Source: Vitrella brassicaformis CCMP3155
Lineage: Eukaryota > Protista > Chromerida
DNA length: 64,000 nucleotides
Direction: 5' to 3'
Assembly: GCA_001179505.1 (NCBI GenBank)
Contig: CDMY01000447.1
Span: 248,001-312,000 of the forward strand
The notes beneath the pieces are model-generated. The model made no database searches, had not been told where the DNA came from, and saw only the letters and a list, made by a program, of their open reading frames with translations. The position numbers and the translations under genes are program-made. The stretch's first letter is position 1, and each line of letters opens with the position of its first letter. This document shows positions 1 to 10,653 of the stretch, piece after piece.

Positions 1-581
1 TGCTTACCATGTCTGCATACCCCATGAAGCCCATACTGTCAAAAAAGTCAGCAAAATGCCTGTGACAGTGATAGAAAAAGAAAAACACAATGAGTTAAGT
101 CCACGTCTGTCTTTCCCTGACCTTTCCAATTGCTCCCCGAGTGCATGCAGCGCACAGAAGACGCCAATCACGGACATTGAAGCCCACGAGACATAGTTGG
201 ACAGCCCAGTCGCTTCACAGAAAGAAATCTCTCTCACAGCATCCGCGTCCGACAGCTTCACCCGGTGAATGTGGCGGTGTGAATCAGCTAGTCCTTCCTC
301 CATTGTGCCGGCTTTGCCTGCTCGGCTATTCTTCTTCTCATCGTGCAGCTGGGGTCCAGACAGAGATGCGAAGCCTTGCCAAGTGAAGTCAAGTGAATGC
401 ACGGTCCGTGTTTGCGGCTCACCACACTCAAGTAATGGTCCACAGTGGTTTCGACGGCCTCTACGGCAGCTGAGATATTCAGGGCGTCATACACGGCGTT
501 ACCCAGGGAGCCGACTGATTCACGAGAAGTGCGGCGCACTCTCTCAATGAAGCTGACTCCGATTCGCCTTTTCGCCTTCAT
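1..581 (-). CDS. Hypothetical multi-pass membrane protein, spliced, continues off the left edge
   Basis: Hydrophobic segments (NYVSWASMSVIGVFCALHAL; LCFSFSITVTGILLTFLTVWASWG) in ORF 4..402. A gtaag donor at about positions 3-7 on the minus strand suggests the gene continues beyond the window. Start and upstream exons are uncertain. Confidence 0.35.
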
Positions 582-750
582 GATGGATGGATGGATGGGA
601 AAGGCGATCAAAACCACGCGCGGGCGCTTGCCAAGGGAGAAAACGGGGGCCTGTGAAACGGAGACGCCGAAGACAAAAGCGAATCGAACGTGGCTGGACC
701 TGTAGATGGACACAGGAGGGCTTGACAGCTGAACCTTTCTGTCCCTAGCA

Positions 751-3743
751 ATGCAGCTAGGACGTCGAGCATCAGCTCTGGCGCGAAAGGAGCTTGGCAG
801 ACGATTCTTTGCTTCTCGCCCTTCATTGGCCTCACAGCACCCCACAGGCGACAGCCGGGGCGACCAACGACGCCTGTTTGAGCTTGCCGCTGGAGCTGGC
901 GCCCTCCTGTTTGCTGTTGGTGGAGCGGCAGCCTACGCCCGGCGCTCACGTCCCTCCAGGTGTGAAGAAGCAGTTGCTGCGGGCACCAAAACCGACAATC
1001 TGCAACTGGTACAAAACGCTCAAGGGAATGGACAAGTCGAACGAAGTGTGTCACCACTCTGCGGTCGTCGTTGTGTGTGTCCTTTTTGTGCACCCTGATA
1101 TCAGGCACACCGTTTCCATGATAGTACCTCCCCGTCCCACGTGTCACTCCCCATCCCGACCCTCCCCCCTCCCCCATCATCCACCGTGACGCTTGTGACG
1201 GCCGACGGCCCGCCCTCGCCCAAGGCGGGGGAGTGGATAAAGGGTCTGCCTGAGTACAGCAAGGAGCAGGTGGCCGAACACAAGACGGCCGACAAACGGA
1301 TATGGGTCAGCTATAAGGACGGAGTCTATGGTGAGGCCAGCTGACTTCGGGAAAGTGAAGACAAGAAGCCGGCGAGATTGATGGGCTGGATTGGATGGCT
1401 GTGTGTGTGGCTCTTTCCTCTGGTGTGTGTGCAGATATCACTGGTTTCATCGACAAGCATCCCGGCGGTGCTCGGCGGATATCGTTGGCTGCCGGCGGCT
1501 CCATCGAGCCCTTCTGGGCCATGTACCAGCAGCACAACAAGCCAGAGATACTCGAGATGCTCGAGGAGTATCGCATCGGTCGGTCGGCCTGTAAACATAA
1601 TGACAAACACATGCACATCCCCGATTGTCTGCTCAGGCAACTACCTGAGACCGGCCGACAGTCCCAGTGTCGACGACCTTCGTACCACGGCAGATGGTAC
1701 GCATAGCGGACAGAGATACGTTCCTGTGTCACATCGACATGACATTTCGCTGTACGCCTTTCCTCACACCTCAGACCCATACCGCAACGAGCCCTCCCGC
1801 CATCCGGCGCTGAATGTGGTGTCTGAGCGGCCCTTCAACGCAGAGACCCCCGTGGCCCTCCTCGCCGACCACTTCATCACCCCAAATGAGGTCTTCTTCG
1901 TCCGCAACCACCTCCCCGTCCCCACACTCGAAGGCGACGGATACGAGGTGCAGATTTCCGGACTGGGCTTCCAGGGGCCCCTCAACCTGTCACTCAACGA
2001 CCTCAAGACCAAATTCCAGAAACACACGTACGGACGGCAGAGAGAGGGAGGAATGCCCGAGGGGCAGTGGGGCAAAGATGTGTGTTGCATGGCCACAGGG
2101 TGACGACGACCATTCAGTGTGCGGGCAACCGGCGGCATGCGTTCAACCAGGTCAAGAGCGTCAAGGGTCTGAATTGGGGCAATGGGGCCATCGGCACGGC
2201 AGAGTGGAGCGGCGCGTCGCTGCGCGACGTCCTGTCTTACTGCGGTGTGTACGACGAGCGGGCCAGGCTCCTCAAGGCCAAACACGTCCAATTCGAGGGA
2301 TGGTATGGATGCATTCACGTGGCCGATGTGTGTATACTGCCGGTGCACGTTGAGTCCTTTCCTTGTGTTAATGTCTGGCAGGGATGAGGATCTGTCGGGC
2401 TGCCCCTATGGCGCGTCCATACCGCTCGAAAAGGCCATCTCAGAACACGGTAAGATGAGGGCACCGCACCAACCCACCGGGTCGTTACGTCTTTTCCCTC
2501 ATCTTTGTGTGTCATTGCTGCAGGTGATGTGATTCTGGCCTACGAGATGAACGGCCAGCCGCTGCCGCGCGACCACGGCTTCCCTCTGCGCGTCATCATC
2601 CCTGGTGTGGTGGGTGCACGGCAGGTTAAGTGGCTGCGGAAGGTCATCATCAGCGAGGAGGAAAGCCAAAGTTTCTGGCAGCAGAACGACTACCGGTGGG
2701 CGTGGCGTCTATGCATGCTGCTATTCATCCATCCACACCACACACGTCTGTCACCCCACCGTGTTCTGTTCTATGACTGTGTTGTCCCTTCATGGAATGC
2801 AGTGTCTTTTCGCCTTCTGTGGATTGGGATCGTGTCGACTGGCGTAAGGCGCCCGCCATCCAGGAGTACCCCGTGCAGTCGGCCGTGTGCGACCCAATGG
2901 ACGGCAGCATCGTCCCACCAGACCAGGAAGACGTCACCGTCAAGTGAGCTGACCTAGCCAAAAACATGAATGGCACCAGCTGTCGATGACTGTGTGTGTG
3001 TGTGTGTGTGTGTTGTGGTGTTTGTCGCAGGGGCTACGCATGGAGCGGTGGCGGCCGCGCGATCATCCGCGTTGACGTGACGATTGACGGCGGCGTCACG
3101 TGGCACGAGGCCAACCTGCGATGCAGAGACAAGAGATGCCACCTGAGGGTGAGCAGAGCGAGACACACAACACAAACGCATCAATAATGAGTGCATCCAT
3201 CCTTCCTCTCCCTGCAGACGGACAGCTCATACGAGGATGCGAGCAAGGCCGCGTCCGAGCCTGCAGGCGATGAAGAAGATGACGATGAGGACGATGAGGT
3301 GTTGGCGCAGGAGGCGTCGGACTTCACCACACGGCCCGTCGACAAGGCGTGGGCATGGGCACTCTGGGAGGCACACATCCCAGTCCCGCAAGAACTACGC
3401 GGCAGAGAGGTACAATGATGCACTGTCGGGCGTCAGCACGGTGTTTCTGTGGTATATTTATGAGTATCCCATTTCCTTTATGTGTCAGCTTGAGATCTGT
3501 TGCCGTGCTGTCGACGCCAGCTACAATGTGCAGCCCGAATCTGTCAGCGCCATATGGTGAGGGAGCACCTACACCTACTACTCGCGGTGCGGTATTGTTG
3601 CTCGGTTCTGGCTGGGCTGTGTTTGCAGGAACCTGCGAGGGTGTCTGTGCAATGCGTGGGACCGAGTGAAGGTCAAGTGCACAACGGCCACTGCAGAGGC
3701 CGTGGCTGCGGCGGCTGCTGTGGGGGTGCCTGCAGCCGCATGA
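751..3743 (+). CDS. SUOX: Sulfite oxidase (mitochondrial-type presequence + cytochrome b5 + Moco domain + dimerisation domain), about 11 exons
   Basis: Exons encode the b5 motifs [14 protein letters not shown] and WAMYQQH; Moco-domain motifs [19 protein letters not shown] (Mo-ligand Cys), [35 protein letters not shown]; dimerisation-domain motifs [16 protein letters not shown] and [14 protein letters not shown]. Stop TGA at 3741-3743. Confidence 0.95.
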
Positions 3744-4366
3744 TGACGGATGTGGCACGCTTACAGAGAGAGCGTCACTCTTGCTGTCTTTTGTTTCTGA
3801 ATTGTTTCCTCCTATCTGTCTGTCTACCGATGGATCGGTCTGTGAGCGAGTTGCGAGTGAGAGCAGGCCCAATTCACACCTGTACAGTAGCTGCAAAGAA
3901 AGCCACACAGTGACAACACCATCCCATCTGTGGGCGAGTAGTTGCCCATCACACACACGTCGTGTCGTATATGTTGTGCTGGGGGTGGGGGTGGGGGGCT
4001 TTTTCATTGTCATGCTGGCGGCGCTGTCGTTGTTGCCGTGGGTACCTTTCTCTGGGTGGGGCGGGTGGCTACTTGTGGATACGCCAACGTGTGATGAATT
4101 GCTGCGGGCCTACTTCCTTGCTTGATGCGGCTGCGTTTGGTGGTGGTGACATGCATATGATGATGTGATGAAGTGTTTATCGGCGTTGCTTGCAGACCCG
4201 TTTGCATTGGCTAACATTGGCTTGAGCGCATTGGATGGATCGCTACGAGCACATCCACCCACAGCTACCCACAGCTACAATTATCCCACCCCCGACAGTA
4301 AGCATTTGCCCATCCAGATGTCTGAACACAGCCATCCATCCATCCATACGCTGCCGTCTATCTTAT

Positions 4367-5939
4367 CTATCCAGCACAGCCCTCCCCGCCACGCAGCTGT
4401 CTCTTGAGGCTCGTCTTGGTCAGCTCATAGAGAGCGATTGCGGCAGCATGAGAAACCGTCAGGGAGTCGCCCGCCATCTGGGGGATGGACACCACCTCAG
4501 TGCATGCAGACAGGACAGCATCTGACGCACCCTGCAACCACACAGCCGCAGCGAAACACAAGCCCGAGAAATGTTTCAAGAATGCGTGTGGATGCGGCTT
4601 TGTGTGTCTCACCGTGTCTTCATTGCCCACCACGGCCGCCCAGTTGTCGTCATCATGCCCATGGAGGAACTGCGCACACAACAAAGATGACACGCCCACA
4701 GAGAGAGCCACGTGCCTGCCCCCCTGGTGCCTCCTCCCACCTCCCACCTCGTTAGCACATGGTGAAGTCCCATACACAGTGATGCCCATTTGCTTCATCT
4801 GCTGTATCACCCTTGGCAGCGTGGCCTCAGGACAGTGACAGATGTCAAAGTGGAACAGCGACCCGATGCTCACGCGCGCCGCCCTGGCGTTGCACCCCGC
4901 CCACGACACGTCCGTCATCACAATCGACCGCAGACCGAATGAGAAGGCCGTCCGTAGCAGAGTGCCGACGTTATCAGCGCTGCGCACATCGGCGAGAACG
5001 AGGAATGGCGGCCTCATGTTGGCCAGTATGAGATCTACTCGCTGCTCCCACTCCTTTATCCTCTGTCCCAAGGCTTTTTCAGCCGCTGTGCCGTCCCTGA
5101 TTGACGGCCGCTTGACGCTTCGCTCGCTTCGCTCGCCCGCCATGGGATAGTCGGCGATTTGGCTGCCTTGGAGGTCGAACAGAGCCCCAATGGCGTGGTC
5201 GTGGTTCAGTGGCATTCCCACAATCTCGCCTGATCACGTACGCGGCAAGACGATGGATGCAGCACACCAGATTGCATGAGTGATCTTCTTCTTATGCCTA
5301 CTGATCAGTGCTCTCGGGCATGTGAGGACAGGCCCGTCGAGCGAGAGCGCCTCCAAGTCGTCCCGTAGCGACTCAAACAACCTGCAGCCAATCTTGATAG
5401 ATATCCTGAAAGCGCTGATCGATCGATGACTTTTGCACTCACTCACTTATTCACTCAATCACTCACTCATTCGCTCACTCGAGTGACACGAGGACGGACA
5501 GGCACCTCTGTTTGCCCTGGAAAGCCCTCCTGGTGGCCTTGTCAGACATGGCCACCACGTAGTTCATGCCCCTGTCAAACATCTCTCTCCTCTTTGCACT
5601 GTACACCAACTCATTGCGGCCCTGTGACCACACGGAGGGGTGCACACAGACAGAAGCCAACACATTGAGTCAAGCAAGGTCAGAGTCAGTACTAGGCGGA
5701 TCGGATCTGACCTTTTTCATCTTGTAGAGTTCCACTCGCTCGTCGTCAGCTGTTGCTATCACCACGACCTCGTGATTCACAAGACCCGGCGGATCTGCGC
5801 ATCCGTTCGCCGCTCTCTCTTCTCCATCAGCCGGTGCGTGGCAAGTGCTGTTGGCGGCGTCTGAGCTTTTCATTTCCTCGGGAGGCTTTAACGCCGGCTT
5901 CGTAGCGCAGTGTATGCGACTCAGGCCCTTCGTAGGCAC
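4367..5939 (-). CDS. SpoU/TrmH-family (SPOUT) RNA 2'-O-methyltransferase, spliced
   Basis: SpoU motifs LADVRSADNVGTLLRTAFSFG, VVGNED and IPQMAGDSLTVSHAAAIALYE. Upstream exons at 5234-5446, 5475-5663 and 5670-5939 supply an N-terminal domain. Start codon uncertain. Confidence 0.88.
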
Positions 5940-6245
5940 GGTGAAGCCTCAGACATGCCAAACTCCGGATCGAGTGGATCGAATTCATTGACGCCTTGTA
6001 CAGGTAGGGTGGTCTGTCACATCCATCGAGGCATGAATGCGACCATCCACTGTCAGCCACAGGACCGACCCTCGCCGGCCGGCAAAGGAGGTCGCGGCCA
6101 CACCAGCTACTTACAAACACGCCATGATACATACACACACCCACACCCACACCCACACACCCAGATGCATCCCTTCCTACCTCTACAGACTCAGGCGTGC
6201 ATAGGTGCACGTCAGGTATATATACAAAGTACACACCGGTCTTGG

Positions 6246-8129
6246 CTACCTCGCCGCCACCCGCATGGCCCTTGCAATGGCCTCGACCAATGCGTCCGCC
6301 CCCTGCAGCCGCATGCCTCGCCTGTTTCTCATATTGCCGGCACCACTCCCGCTGCCGCTGCCGGTGCTGGTGCTGCTGGTGCTGTTTTGCGTCCGTCGTT
6401 TGTTGCTCTTGGTGGGTGTCTTGGTGGCCGTGGGGCGGTAAGGGTGCACGAGACGCAGACCGGCCAGCTCGGGTACGGGCTCGGTCAAGGAGGCGGAGGA
6501 CAAATTCTGGACAGACAAAGGGAAAACAGGCACACGTGAATGTTCATGTGTGGAAGGGAGTCCCTGTCTGGGTCACCTTTCGTCTGATGGCCAGCATGAT
6601 GTCGAGGCCATACTTGCGGGTGCCCACATCCACACAGCCCTCGGCCAGCTCCTCCTGGCTGTCTTGTGATTCCCTCACCCCCTCTCCCTCCTTGTCTGCC
6701 TCCCCCTTGTCGTCGCCGGCTGTGTTGCTCTCTTCAGTCTTCGAAGATGCGATCATCTGCGCCATGGACGGCCACGAGGGGGCGTACTGAGATGCGCCGA
6801 AATGCGAGTAGCTCCCACTACACGCAATCCATCCGTCCACCCGTCCATCCCATGTGCCATGCGAATGGATTGGTGTGCAGATCCGGACCCACCTGCTGTC
6901 GATGGTAGGCATGTCTGTAGTTGACACGTTGGATTGGGAGTCGGCGCCGGTCTGCTGCTGCTGCTGCTGCTGCTGGATGTCAACCAGCCGCTCGAAGATC
7001 AGCATGCTCTGCTGATAGAACTCATCCGTGTCAGGTGAAGTGGCCAGCGGGATCGGCCTGAATGCCATGCGACCGACAAGGCAGACCATCACACCCACCC
7101 AAACCGTCCATCTCTTCTATCCGCCCCCTTACCTGTTCTCATCGATCCAGGCCTTCTCGACGAACATGACACTCTCCACCCAAAGGTCAGCCCGGCTCAT
7201 GCCCGCCACTCTGCCGCTCTTGATCAGCTCGGCCAGGGAGGACGGTGGGCGCATGATGGGCTGCTGTTGGGGCTGAGAGGGCTGGGAGGAGGACGGCTGT
7301 TTGTGGTAGAAGGCCTCCTCGCCAAAATACACCTCCAGATGCCTCCCTGCGGACACGCGGATGGATGGATGGACGGATGGATGGGCGTGTGCACAGATGT
7401 GGTATGTTATGTTGTTCCGGTGGATGTGTGTGAGGGGCAGAGCAGAGCAGCGCACCTTTGACGAGGTTGCCCTGTGTGTAGTTCATCGCCTTGCACGCCT
7501 CCTGGCGGGACGCATACCGCAGGAACCCTGCACACAACACAACACAACACAACCGACACACCGATAGACAGACACTTATGGCCGTGTGTCTGCGTTGTGT
7601 GTCGGTACACACCGAATCCCTCCATCTTGCCGTTGTCGTCACGAGCAACCCAACATCTGATGCACACAGACAGACAGACAGACACGGCAAGGCCATGCAT
7701 TAATGTACCTGCCCTGCAACAACCAGCCAGCCCTCCCCCGCACCTCTGCAGCGACCCAAACGGCGCGAATAGGACCCGGAGGTCATCGGCCGACCAGCAT
7801 TCGGGCACGTTGAACACATACAGGCCTGAACCTGCCATCCATCCACAGCCACATGCAATATTCATCTCACTCACGCTTGTGTTCCCATCCACCAGTAGTA
7901 TCTTGTGCTGGCGCTTCTGTTGCTGGCTGACGGGCGAGCATCTGTCACACGCACGGACGCACGCAGGCGCATGCATCGCACACCCAGCCCAGCCGTGATC
8001 AACACATCTATCTATCTCCCGGCCTTCATCGTTAGTTACCTTTCGGGAAGCGCCGTGGGTTTGGATCGTATGGACACCAGCAGCTGACGACAAACCCATC
8101 CCAAACCAGGGTTCAAACCCTGCGGCCAT
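6246..8129 (-). CDS. RRM-domain RNA-binding protein with Gln-rich and low-complexity C-terminal region
   Basis: RNP2-like GLYVFNVPECWSADDLRVLFAPFG, RNP1-like EGFG-FLRY, then ASRQEACKAM...GRHLEVYF. The 5' exons join in phase through GT-AG introns. PolyQ stretch at 6950-6975. Confidence 0.75.
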
Positions 8130-8267
8130 GGTGAAACCCTGCGGCCGAACGGTCCATCACACAATGAAACAGCGAAACTGTTTCTAGCTTCTCTTCGCTC
8201 GACAAACAAAAGAAAAGGCAGCTCCATGCATACAACACCACGCAGACAGGCAAAATGTCGCTGCCCT

Positions 8268-9680
8268 CTATACGAGAGCGGCCAGCCCTTGGCCGTGCTC
8301 ATCGAACCACTCCCGCACCCCCTGCTGCACCTCTGCAATGGTCTCAGTCCGCTCTGTCCACTCGCACGCCACGCCACGACCGATCACGGCCGCCAGCCGA
8401 TCCAAATCACCCACACCCTCACCCAGGCACTCAGCCAACACGCGACAGAGCCACTCGACGTTCTCATCCGAATCGACGGGCACACGCGGATGACGACCTA
8501 ATGGACATCACATACTTGCTGGTTGATCGCTCTCCGTGTATTGTATGCGATGCACACATACGTACCGGTGAGCATCCACAGCAGCGTCCCCGTAACGCCA
8601 AACACATCTGTCCGGTCGCCAACCCGCCCCATCATGATTTCTGGGCCCTGGAAATGACCCCTTCGAGACTGGGTGGTCTTGGACGAGTCGCTCGCAGCCA
8701 GACGGCCGTTGGCCCAGTCGACCAGCAGCACCGGCGGACACGAAGCGGTCGGACCACTCCAGCTGGAGCTGCTGCTCGACAAGGGGGGGTCCGTCAGAAC
8801 GAGCAGGTTGGACGGGTTCACGTCGCAGTGATACACATGAAGCCCGTTGGCCCACACCACCCCCTCGCAGAGGTCGAACCACCAGCTGAAGGCAAGGCGC
8901 TTGTCGGCTGGCGGGCCGAGTGACAGCAGGGTCTGGCCGGGGTGGAAGTTCATGAGCGCGCACTTGCGGGACCGATCGCTGCCGATGAACTCGGGAATGC
9001 ACGACGGCGGCGAGCCACTGCTGCCTGTGGTGAGGTGGGGAGGAGGGGAGAGGGGCGGGGAAGAGCTGCTGGACGAGGCCGCCGTGCCGTTGGATGGCTC
9101 GTCACTCAACTCGAGGCCGTTGAGCCGTCGGAGAGCGCCCTCCTCGTTGGAATAGAAGAGCCGACCATTCTTGCCGCCCTTGAACTCCTGACGAAAGCGT
9201 CAAAAGGTCGTGTCATGAAGGAGGGGTGTTTGCGTATGTATCGCCAGAATCGAGTGTGGATACATACCTTGATGACGACCTCGCGGGAAGTCTCTACGAT
9301 CCCCTCCCCAGTCACGGTCTTGCTCGTCAGCTGCACGCGATAGCAGCTGGCCTGGCGGCCCTTGCCCACCCGGCCCCGTCGATGCGGCACCTCCACGACA
9401 CCCGTGGAGCCGTCACGCAATGTCAGCTCCCATCGGTGCCTCTCCTCGCCGCCGTTGCTGCCCCGCTCCCTCTCCCTCTCAGCCCGCCGCCTCTCCCTAT
9501 CACGGTCTCGGTCTCGCCCGGGGAAGCGGATTGGCATGACACCAGGGATCTCGCCAAAGAGGCCATCCTCCCGGACCTCTGCACTGTCACGGGGGGCGAT
9601 GGCGCGGCGGTTGACGATTGGCCGCACGTTGTCTGCCTCCCACGTTTTGATGGAGCCGTCGGGCCGACAGATGAGGTACT

Positions 9681-9712
<32 letters not shown>

Positions 9713-10139
9713 CAAGGTGTATGGGATCGGTCGGCCGCCGGTCGGTCCATCCATGTGATGTGGGTGTGCAGTGCACCTTGTATTCGTATGGTGTGCCCGA
9801 GGGGATGGAGACCGTCAGTGTCCATGTCGGGTAGGCACTGCCCGCTGACAGCATCAGCGGCTCCGTCTGGCGCCACTCGTGGAGGGCAGAGCAGCTGCCG
9901 AGGATCCCAACTACAGATCCAGAAGCCACCAAACACACGCATCCGTCAGTGAATCATCTGAGCTTCCCAGTGCGTGTCTGACCTGCCTCTCCCCATCTGG
10001 TCTTCTCGCACTTGACGCTGAAGGTCACAGGCACCATAACCGGTGCGGGCGTGGAGGCCTCCGGCTCTTCATCTTCATCGTCGCCGTTTTCATCTTGCCA
10101 TAGAGAACCATCTGTTACTTCATCGTTGCCCATCTCCAT
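8268..10139 (-). CDS. CBM20 starch-binding domain fused to an atypical protein kinase domain (exons about 10139-9983, 9910-9777, 9678-9268, 9187-8566, 8497-8268)
   Basis: Spliced CBM20: VTFSVKCEKTRWGEAVGILGSCSALHEW...YPTWTLTVSIPSGTPYEYKYLIC...TWE. Kinase motifs: GKGRQASCYRV, VVIK, NEEGALRRL, HCDVNPSN, LVDWANG, FQGPE, DVFG. All five exons join in frame through GT-AG introns. Confidence 0.85.
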
Positions 10140-10242
10140 CGTTAGTTACGGGAGCAACAGATCAGTACGTACCAGCAATTGTACAGGCGAAGATAAAGCT
10201 GCGAAAAGGGTCAGCTTAGAACGAACTCTTTTCGGGATCGCA

Positions 10243-10250
10243 AGCTCGCA
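10243..10250 (-). promoter_or_regulatory. Candidate promoter element TGCGAGCT upstream of the CBM20-kinase gene
   Basis: AGCTCGCA on the + strand, about 104 bp upstream of the ATG at 10139. The motif recurs near other gene starts. Confidence 0.5.
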
Positions 10251-10653
10251 TTCATCCTTCGTTCGTTCGTCGCATGGCTGCACCGTGCTCCTGCCGACAA
10301 TCCTCCTTTCAGCAGTCATTGGACGAAAAAGAAGTGGTGTTGGCATGTGTCCCATTCATTCATTCTGTGAAAGTGAGTGACAAACTACTGACTGCACCCA
10401 CCCAGCATCATTTCATTGGCCACCATGGTTGGACAGCTCTCCTCTCCCCGCTCCCCTCTTCCTATCCACAAACCACACACGCGTCCCTCCCGCCGTCCCA
10501 TCTCTCCCGCACCCCGCCCAGTCCCCACCCCACCCCACCCGTGGGGCTGCCCGCCCTCCCTCTCCCAGCCTACCTATCATACAGACACCAAGACGTCCAG
10601 AGAGAAGCCATCAGAAGATTTCAGTCATATCAGATCCTATCAGATCAGATCAG

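Noticed and set aside
288-845. Minus-strand ORF overlapping the sulfite oxidase first exon as an antisense gene
   Set aside because: The upstream part is probably chance open frame in GC-rich DNA. Only the portion below about 580 is plausibly coding.
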